Assembly (NCBI GenBank): GCA_030550235.1
Contig: JAUQPU010000002.1
Span: 92,602-156,601 of the forward strand
From: Thermoproteota archaeon
Lineage (GTDB): Archaea; Thermoproteota; Nitrososphaeria_A; Caldarchaeales; Calditenuaceae
Direction of reading: 5' to 3'
Length of the DNA stretch: 64,000 bases
Shown here: positions 57,122-64,000 of the stretch, piece after piece
How positions within the stretch are numbered: position 1 is the first letter of the stretch
How the letters are laid out: the number at the start of each line of letters is the position of its first letter
Notes under the pieces: generated by a model
The model's database searches: none
What the model saw: the letters and a program-made list of their open reading frames with translations, nothing else
What the model was told of the DNA's origin: nothing
Program-made: the position numbers and the translations under genes

Positions 57122-58322
57122 CACCGTTAGGTATGCCCTCAGCGCTTTAAGGGAGAGGAGGGGGAGGAGCGTTCTCACAATCCTCGGGATAGCCGTCGGC
57201 TCAGGGCTCATAATCGCCCTAGTCTCCCTCGGTGAAGGATTAAACACCACAATCACAGACCGCCTCCTGACGCTTGGCGCAAACAACATAATAGTACTCC
57301 CCGCTCAGGGCTCAAACATCCAGTTCACAGACGCCGATGTCCAGAAGATAATGAGGATACCTGGCGTAGCTGTAGTGGCCCCTTTCTACTCGACTGTTGC
57401 AGAGTTCCAGGTGGGCGGCACAACGGTTAGTGGGAGGATTCTCGGTATAGACCCATTACAGCTACAAATAATCTTCCCAGGGATCAAGATACTTGAGGGC
57501 GAGACACCAACACCGACGAGCGCCACACAAGTCGCGGTAGGCTATAAGGTAGCCTTCCCGCCAGCAGCAGTTACATCCTCAAGACTCTATGTAGGGCAGC
57601 CGCTGACAATCGTTATACCAAACCCGTCCGGGCCCAAGACAACAAGCTACACTGTGACGGGAATATATGACAAGTTCGGGGCCTCAGTATTTTTCGACGC
57701 AGACACAGCCGTGGTCATGCCCATACCTGCAGCCAGGAGACTCCTAGGCGAGACCAGATACCAGGCAATACTAGTGAATACGGAGAGGGTAGAACTCGTC
57801 GAATACATAATCTCTGAGCTAGAGGCTATGTATGGTAGAAACGTCAACATAATAAGCCCCAGCACAATCCTCTCAACAGTACGGAGCATAATAGCCTCCT
57901 TCACAATCTTTTTAGGAATCATAGCATCCGTAAGCCTATTCGTGGCAGGCCTTGGAATAATGAATACAATGATAATGTCTGTGATGGAGAGGACTAGGGA
58001 GATAGGTGTTTTGAGGTCTATCGGTATGACGAGACGTGACATCCTTTATACCTTCCTCTTCGAGGCGATGCTCACTGGCCTGATTGGAGGTCTAATAGGA
58101 ATTGGCATAGGTGTTGCACTCTCGATAGGGTTCGGAAGCTATTCGGGGAACTTCCTGAGATTCGGCCCAGGATTCGAGCCAATCACCATCATACCAGACA
58201 TAACTCCTCAGCTCCTGTTAGGCACGCTTCTTTTCGCAGTCTTTGTCGGCTCGCTCTCTGGTCTATACCCCGCTAGGAGGGCGGCGTTGACGGACCCGGT
58301 TCGCGCCCTCAGGACCGAGTGA
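57108..58322 (+). CDS. MacB/FtsX-family ABC permease
   Basis: RSVLTILGIAVG, GIMNTM..SVMERTREIG, YPARRAA..DPVRALR. Confidence 0.92.
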   Translation: MNPVDTVRYALSALRERRGRSVLTILGIAVGSGLIIALVSLGEGLNTTITDRLLTLGANNIIVLPAQGSNIQFTDADVQKIMRIPGVAVVAPFYSTVAEFQVGGTTVSGRILGIDPLQLQIIFPGIKILEGETPTPTSATQVAVGYKVAFPPAAVTSSRLYVGQPLTIVIPNPSGPKTTSYTVTGIYDKFGASVFFDADTAVVMPIPAARRLLGETRYQAILVNTERVELVEYIISELEAMYGRNVNIISPSTILSTVRSIIASFTIFLGIIASVSLFVAGLGIMNTMIMSVMERTREIGVLRSIGMTRRDILYTFLFEAMLTGLIGGLIGIGIGVALSIGFGSYSGNFLRFGPGFEPITIIPDITPQLLLGTLLFAVFVGSLSGLYPARRAALTDPVRALRTE

Positions 58323-59217
58323 CAAGCTCCTCATATAGGCTCATATACTGCTTCGTGACAACCCTGTAGTCGAGTTTCTCCACCAGCTCGTATCCGCGGG
58401 CAACGACTGAATCTCTGAGGCTGTCAAGTCTATTGTAAGCCTCGACATACGAGTCGGGGTTGGGGTCAGCCAGGATTAGCGCATCTCTGAACGGTGTGAA
58501 GGCTGGTATTCTAGGCGCAATAACTGGGCAGCCCGATGCCCACGCCTCGAGCAATACTGACGGCATTCCCTCCCAAATCGATGTAATCATCAAACACTCA
58601 GCCGACTTCATATACGATATCACCCTCTCCCAGCTGACAACCTGCTCTACACCAAAGGCCCTATATTTTCGCCCCAGCCTCTCCACCACCCTCCTAAATA
58701 GTGGGTAATTCTTTATAGGGTCATTCCGCCCGACGAAAAGGATAGCCGACTCGCCAGCAGGACTGATCTCTCTTATTGCATTGAGGTCGGTCATGTTTGG
58801 GACCCAGACCCATCCGTTTCTCTCCGCCTCCCACTTCATAACCGATGTCGCAATTCCGCCCATACGCATTAATGCAAGCATGATGCTGGTCGAGGCCTTA
58901 CCAAGAGCGCCGTACTTTAGGCTGAACTCCACCATACCGCCGTGGACCGTGATGATGCATCTTGATGGTTTGGCCAAGGCAATGCCTACGAGCTTCGGGT
59001 TATGTATGTGAATCACGTCAGCATCTATGGCCTTAAGTAGTGAGCCGAGCGTGAAGCTCGGAGCTCTCAGCATTGGAAAATCAAGATACCACGTATTGCT
59101 GGAATCAACAACCATAACCTCCACACCATTCTCAATAAGCCCCTTCCTCAGGAGATAGACATGCCTTCCGCTCCCACTCACACCGCCAGAAGTGAAATTC
59201 ACCAGCGCAACCCTCAA
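58309..59217 (-). CDS. GT4 glycosyltransferase
   Basis: IHIH, TVHG, FVGRNDPIKN, SIWEGMPSVLLEAWASG. Confidence 0.87.
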   Translation of the reverse strand: MRVALVNFTSGGVSGSGRHVYLLRKGLIENGVEVMVVDSSNTWYLDFPMLRAPSFTLGSLLKAIDADVIHIHNPKLVGIALAKPSRCIITVHGGMVEFSLKYGALGKASTSIMLALMRMGGIATSVMKWEAERNGWVWVPNMTDLNAIREISPAGESAILFVGRNDPIKNYPLFRRVVERLGRKYRAFGVEQVVSWERVISYMKSAECLMITSIWEGMPSVLLEAWASGCPVIAPRIPAFTPFRDALILADPNPDSYVEAYNRLDSLRDSVVARGYELVEKLDYRVVTKQYMSLYEELVTRS

Positions 59218-59302
59218 GCCCCAACCCCCTCTCCAACAATCCTTAAATGTAATAAAAGCTTCACACAAGCAAGAGCTAATATCTTGAGCATGGCAGATAT
59301 TT

Positions 59303-59367
59303 GGTGGGGATGAGGCCCGCCGCTCCAGACTGAGTCGTGATGCAGGAAGAGCCGAGCCGACCCTATC
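59303..59367 (+). ncRNA. Candidate box C/D guide sRNA (variant boxes)
   Basis: C GGGATGA 59307-13, D' CTGA 59330-33, C' TGATGC, guide AGGAAGAGCCGA complementary to conserved LSU rRNA UCGGCUCUUCCU, D CCGA 59357-60. Confidence 0.6.
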
Positions 59368-59438
59368 CGACCTGTTAATCAGTTTGCAAGTGGATTAGTA
59401 AAAGAATATAAGGGTCTGCCCGTGCTAAACATAATTGC

Positions 59439-61100
59439 ATGTCGAGGCAGGAAAAGATCTCAAGGAGGGTTGCATTAAGTACAGGAGCTAAGGTGGCGAC
59501 AGCTGCGGTCGTTACTGGTGTTATAGGCGGAATCGCTGGATATCTTGCAGGGACATCCCAGCCGGGTAGGGAGGTTACGCGGACCCTGACACAGACAGTC
59601 ACGCAACCGGGCGCAGGTGCCCAGACAGTCACACAGACAGTGACTAGGACTGCAACAGTCACGGCAACAGCACCAGCTGGAGAGGTGAAGCCTGAGTTGT
59701 CAATTACTTTCGCCTCGCCGGAGTGGTTGCCTGGTAGGCTGACAGGCCTCATAGCTCAGGACTTCCCGGCATGGTCTAAAGCTACCACCGGTAAGGCGGT
59801 CGAGGTAAAGATGGACCTGATCCCCTGGGACGCTATATTCGACAGGCTCTCCACCGTCCTGGCCGCTAAATCCAAGGAGCCTACACTGCTGATATCTGAT
59901 AGCCAGTGGCTCGGACAGTTCTACGTGGGTGGCCACATAAAGAGGCTCAACGACATCATAGCGAGAGATCCAGAGCTCCAGCAATTACTCAACAGGTTTG
60001 ACCCCGCGCTTGTCTACTTCTATATGACCTATCCCCAGGGAAATACAAACAACATAGTGGGCTTCGCGCATGAGGGCGACGTCCTATTATTCGTCTTCAG
60101 ATACGACCTATTCTCCCACCCAACAGAGAGAGAAAACTTCAAGGCTGAGTATGGATATGATCTGCCGCTAAATTATGAGGATTGGTATCCCGCGCAGCTC
60201 GACTGGTATCAGATAAGAGACATAGCCAAATACTTCACTCGGAAAGCTGGAGACGAGCTGGCTGGCAAGCGTCTAGAGGAGGACTTCTATGGGATTGCCC
60301 TACACATGTCGAGGGCCTACGACGCAATTGCATGCCCCTTCGGCTCGATTCTTTACAGCCACGGCGAGTATTGGTGGGACCCTGAGACTGGCCAAGTAGA
60401 CGGTTACATCAACAGTGCCAAAGCTAGACAAGCTCTCGAGTTCTACGCCTCCCTAGTACCCTATGCTCCGCCCAACGCCCTTGAAATATGGTTCGACGAG
60501 GCCAACGCGGTCATGCAGGCTGGTAAAGTGGCGATGATATATAACTGGGCTGGATTCCTCCCAAGCCTCTTCGACCCAGCCGCATCAAAAGTCTACAACC
60601 TGATTAAAGTCGTTCCGCCGCCAGGTCACAAAGGAGATGACGGAATCTTCAGAAGATACAGCGGAATAGGAGGACAGCCAATGTGCATAAACGCATATAG
60701 TGATTATGCAGAGGAGGCTCTAACTTTCATAAAGTTCTGGTTCCAGCCTCAGAACCAGCGAAAATGGGCTGAAGGCGGAGGCGGAGTCTGTATCAGGGAT
60801 ATCATCCAGACGGAATGGTTCAGAAACCTCACGCCATACAACAGGGCTTACGCCGACTCGATATCATTCCAAGTCGACTTCTGGAACGTTCCATTCTTCG
60901 CAGAGATGCTTACAGTTGTACAGGAGGAAATCCACGCTGCACTAGCTGGGACAATTAGTCCACAGACGGCACTAGATAACATGGCAAGGAGACACAAGGA
61001 GATAATTGAGAGGGAGAACTATCCCGCGGCGTTCGAGCGCTATGGTAAACCATTGAAGAATGTTGCCCAACTTATAAGACAAGGACTGCCAATCGGCTAA
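59439..61100 (+). CDS. Sugar ABC transporter substrate-binding protein, Tat-type leader
   Basis: SRRVAL + TM, TQTVT repeats, SDSQWLG, family 1 SBP features. Confidence 0.88.
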   Translation: MSRQEKISRRVALSTGAKVATAAVVTGVIGGIAGYLAGTSQPGREVTRTLTQTVTQPGAGAQTVTQTVTRTATVTATAPAGEVKPELSITFASPEWLPGRLTGLIAQDFPAWSKATTGKAVEVKMDLIPWDAIFDRLSTVLAAKSKEPTLLISDSQWLGQFYVGGHIKRLNDIIARDPELQQLLNRFDPALVYFYMTYPQGNTNNIVGFAHEGDVLLFVFRYDLFSHPTERENFKAEYGYDLPLNYEDWYPAQLDWYQIRDIAKYFTRKAGDELAGKRLEEDFYGIALHMSRAYDAIACPFGSILYSHGEYWWDPETGQVDGYINSAKARQALEFYASLVPYAPPNALEIWFDEANAVMQAGKVAMIYNWAGFLPSLFDPAASKVYNLIKVVPPPGHKGDDGIFRRYSGIGGQPMCINAYSDYAEEALTFIKFWFQPQNQRKWAEGGGGVCIRDIIQTEWFRNLTPYNRAYADSISFQVDFWNVPFFAEMLTVVQEEIHAALAGTISPQTALDNMARRHKEIIERENYPAAFERYGKPLKNVAQLIRQGLPIG

Positions 61101-61144
61101 AACTGAAAAATAAACTAAAATACTGTAATTAAAAGTGTTTTTAT

Positions 61145-62023
61145 GTGACGTCTCAACCAGATACAGGCAGCCGTATACTGAAAATCTTCCCAATCATACT
61201 CATATTCCCCGCAGTGGCTCTGGTAGTTTTCCTCGTAATATTTCCACTCATCTGGGCGCTCGGACTCAGCTTCTATTCATATAATGTTTTACGCGGAGAA
61301 CCTCCTATCTTTGTAGGTGTTGAGAATTATTACAGGCTTCTAAATAGTTTGGATGTCTGGCGTAGATTCGTCTTAACGGGACAATTCGTCTTCTACTCGG
61401 TTAGTATCGAGTTCCTGCTAGGCTTCGGACTTGCACACCTATTCTACAACCAGTTCAGAGGGAGGCGATTGGCTATAACACTTGTAACCACACCCCTGCT
61501 AGTCGCTCCAGTGGCTGTAGGGATTTTTCACCGCTATCTTTTTGACGCAACATTCGGTATCTACAGCTACATAGCCCAACTTTTAACGGGCCAATCCGTG
61601 AGGATACTCTCACAGCATCCAATGTTCGCGATCGTCTTTATGGATGTCTGGCAATGGTCCCCCTTCATGATGCTCTTCATACTCGCAGGTCTAGAGGCGA
61701 TACCTAAACACATGCTGGAGTCTTCAGAGATAGATAGACTATCACCATTAGCGAAATTCCGATACATTGTATGGCCTACTATCAAGCCGCTGGTTGCCCT
61801 AGCGCTTCTTTTCAGGACAATGGACGCCTTCAGGACCTTTGACACGATCTTCACACTAACCGGCGGTGGGCCAGGAACAGCCACAGAAGTGCTCTCCATC
61901 CAGATATACCGGACAGCCTTTCAGTTCTTCAGGACAGGAGAGGCCACAGCATTGGCGTTTATATTCTTAGTCATTATATTACTGCTAACGAATATCTATC
62001 TAAGGCTTGCAAGGAGGGAGTGA
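61145..62023 (+). CDS. Carbohydrate ABC permease (MalF-like)
   Basis: DVWQWSPF, AFRTFD, TGGGPG. Confidence 0.92.
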   Translation: MTSQPDTGSRILKIFPIILIFPAVALVVFLVIFPLIWALGLSFYSYNVLRGEPPIFVGVENYYRLLNSLDVWRRFVLTGQFVFYSVSIEFLLGFGLAHLFYNQFRGRRLAITLVTTPLLVAPVAVGIFHRYLFDATFGIYSYIAQLLTGQSVRILSQHPMFAIVFMDVWQWSPFMMLFILAGLEAIPKHMLESSEIDRLSPLAKFRYIVWPTIKPLVALALLFRTMDAFRTFDTIFTLTGGGPGTATEVLSIQIYRTAFQFFRTGEATALAFIFLVIILLLTNIYLRLARRE

Positions 62024-62934
62024 TAAAGATGGCGAACCTGCAAAACAATAGGCGTGGTAGGCGCAAGATACTTAGAACAGTCCTAATTTACTTCGCAACT
62101 ATTATTGCCGTCATATTCTTTATCTTTCCTATATATTGGCTAATAGCCACCTCTCTGAAAACCAGGGCACAGGCCTTCAGTACACCTCCCTTGTTCGTCT
62201 GGGAGCCGACGGTCCGTAACTTCATCGACATCTTCTTGAAGCGGCAGACTGAGATAGAAGCAATAACCGGCCAGGAGCTGGAACTAGCTACGGGAGCTGA
62301 GACCTTCTTCTACAACAGCTTCATAGTGACGTTTTCAAGCATTGCTATAGCGACTGTGATAGGTGTTCTAGCCGCTTATAGCTTCTCTAGATATCAACCT
62401 CACGGAACCAACACGCTGATGTTCTTCATTCTCTCCACAAGAATGCTCCCCGCCATAGTAGTTGCCATCCCAATATACTTCTTCTATAGAAGCCTTGGAC
62501 TCTACAATACACACATCGGCCTAGTACTGCTTTACACAATGTTCAATCTCCCGTTTGCTGTCTGGATGATGAAGAGCTTCTTCGACGAGGTGCCACGTGA
62601 TATAGAGCAAGCAGCGCTAGTAGATGGCTCAAACCCAATCAAAGTCTTCTATAAGATTGCCCTTCCACAAGTATTAGTAGGACTCGGCGCCACCATAGGA
62701 TTCTTAATAATTAATGTGTGGAATGAGTTCTTGTTTGCGTTACTATTAACTGAGAGGGCAACTAGGACTGTTCCTGTGATGATTGCAGGGACTAGGGGAG
62801 AGGTTGGAATTAACTGGGGATTAATTGCTGCTATAGAGACGCTTTACATTCTCCCGGCGCTAGTCCTTATATTTGTTCTGCAGAGGTTCCTACTTAGGGG
62901 CATGACATTCGGTACTGTGCGGGGTGCAAAGTAG
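62020..62934 (+). CDS. Carbohydrate ABC permease (MalG-like)
   Basis: FPIYW, AAYSFSR, EQAALVDG, WNEFLFA. Confidence 0.92.
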   Translation: MIKMANLQNNRRGRRKILRTVLIYFATIIAVIFFIFPIYWLIATSLKTRAQAFSTPPLFVWEPTVRNFIDIFLKRQTEIEAITGQELELATGAETFFYNSFIVTFSSIAIATVIGVLAAYSFSRYQPHGTNTLMFFILSTRMLPAIVVAIPIYFFYRSLGLYNTHIGLVLLYTMFNLPFAVWMMKSFFDEVPRDIEQAALVDGSNPIKVFYKIALPQVLVGLGATIGFLIINVWNEFLFALLLTERATRTVPVMIAGTRGEVGINWGLIAAIETLYILPALVLIFVLQRFLLRGMTFGTVRGAK

Positions 62935-64000
62935 TTGACAAAGGTTGAGATACGTGGTTTAAGAAAGTCTTATGGGGCGGTTGAGGCACTTAAAGGGCTT
63001 GACCTAGTAGTTGAGTCTGGGGCGCTGGTGGCTCTTTTGGGGCCAACTGGAGCAGGTAAAACCACCACACTTAAATGTATAGCTGGCGTAGAAAAACCTG
63101 ACAGCGGGGACATACTTTTTAATGGAGAGAGCATACTCGGAATTCCTGCCTGGAGACGGAACGTGGCAATGTTTTTCCAAACATACGCGCTCTATCCACA
63201 CTTGAGCGTCTACCACAACATAGCCTATCCACTGAGGGAGCAAAAAATGAGTAAGGATGAGATAGACAGAGTTGTGAAGAGCGTTGCTAAAAAGCTTAGA
63301 ATATCACATCTACTTGACAGGAAAGAACCATCAACCCTTAGTGGAGGCGAGATGCAGCGAGTAGCGCTTGCACGGACACTCGTCAGAAATCCATTAGTCT
63401 TCCTCCTCGATGAACCAATCTCTAACCTTGACGCAAAGTTAAGGGAGGAGATGAGGACAGAGTTCAAGAGGCTGCACAGGGAGCTTAAACAGACCATCAT
63501 CTACGCTACACCAGACTATCTTGAGGCCTTTGCAGTCGCAGAGAAGGTCGCAGTAATAAAAGATGGGGTGATACTGCAGTATGACACACCCATAAACTTG
63601 TTGAAGAGGCCTAAGAACAGGTTTGTAGCGACCTTTATAGGAAGTCCCACCATAAACCTGCTTAGAGGCGTAGTTAGAAGAGGTGCTCGCGGATGGGAGT
63701 TCTCCACATCGGGCCTGAGGCTTGAGCTTGTTTCGGTTGGAGGAGCTTTCTCTAAAATTTATGATGGCTTGGAGGTTGAACTGGCTGTTAGACCGCATGA
63801 TATAATATTGGGGGAGCAGCAGAACGGCAATACCTTCAAGGCTAAGGTTCTGGCCGCTGAGAGGCTTGGCCACGAGACGATCATAACCTTAAGCCTTGGG
63901 GAAGTTGAATTGAAGACTGTATCTAAGGGGATGAGGCTGTATAAGTATGGTGATGAAGTGTCGATAAGCATTCCGGGCGATAGGGTAATTCTTTTTGATG
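62935..64000 (+). CDS. Carbohydrate ABC ATPase, MalK-like (runs off window end)
   Basis: Hand translation from TTG: KVEIRGLRKSYG..GPTGAGKTT..FQTYALYPHL..LSGGEMQR..LLDEPISNLDAKLR. Confidence 0.92.
   Translation, partial: MTKVEIRGLRKSYGAVEALKGLDLVVESGALVALLGPTGAGKTTTLKCIAGVEKPDSGDILFNGESILGIPAWRRNVAMFFQTYALYPHLSVYHNIAYPLREQKMSKDEIDRVVKSVAKKLRISHLLDRKEPSTLSGGEMQRVALARTLVRNPLVFLLDEPISNLDAKLREEMRTEFKRLHRELKQTIIYATPDYLEAFAVAEKVAVIKDGVILQYDTPINLLKRPKNRFVATFIGSPTINLLRGVVRRGARGWEFSTSGLRLELVSVGGAFSKIYDGLEVELAVRPHDIILGEQQNGNTFKAKVLAAERLGHETIITLSLGEVELKTVSKGMRLYKYGDEVSISIPGDRVILFD

Noticed and set aside
54484-58322. ABC ATPase - COG1361 - MacB permease as a novel system
   Set aside because: This triad is common in archaea
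1-64000. CRISPR arrays, tRNA/rRNA genes, transposases, integrases, inteins
   Set aside because: No spaced direct repeats, cloverleafs or such ORFs seen by eye; core proteins have normal lengths. A tool-based scan was not possible.

Overview
Gene-dense 64 kb segment of a (hyper)thermophilic archaeal chromosome, shown by reverse gyrase, Lsm-L37e, MBF1-hflX, Dph6, NreA, a COG1361 protein and C/D box sRNAs. The gene set looks TACK-like, possibly Aigarchaeota/Caldarchaeales (inference). It carries a phosphate locus (AbrB-PhoU, pstSCAB, phoU); central metabolism genes (acnA, haloarchaeal-type isocitrate lyase, Zn-ferredoxin, kdaD-dopDH, ilvD-leuB-like, hisAFI, pdxS, mptD, mvaD, a prenyl synthase); tRNA thiolation genes; and three ABC systems. 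I saw no rRNA, tRNA, CRISPR array or mobile element. Features missing from the ORF track: L37e, a solo AbrB, a 45-aa zinc finger, a 37-aa membrane peptide, a 53-aa coiled-coil peptide, two truncated edge genes, two C/D guide RNAs and a structured intergenic element. Best leads: (i) a divergent GT4 glycosyltransferase module with an HTH gene, an operator-like inverted repeat and a stand-alone GT4 N-domain protein; (ii) a ThrC-like enzyme + capped (GG-LV) ubiquitin-like carrier + His-bearing 4-TM protein; (iii) a thiI - C/D sRNA - SagB-like - ttuA RNA-modification cluster. All family calls come from motif recognition by eye, not database searches.
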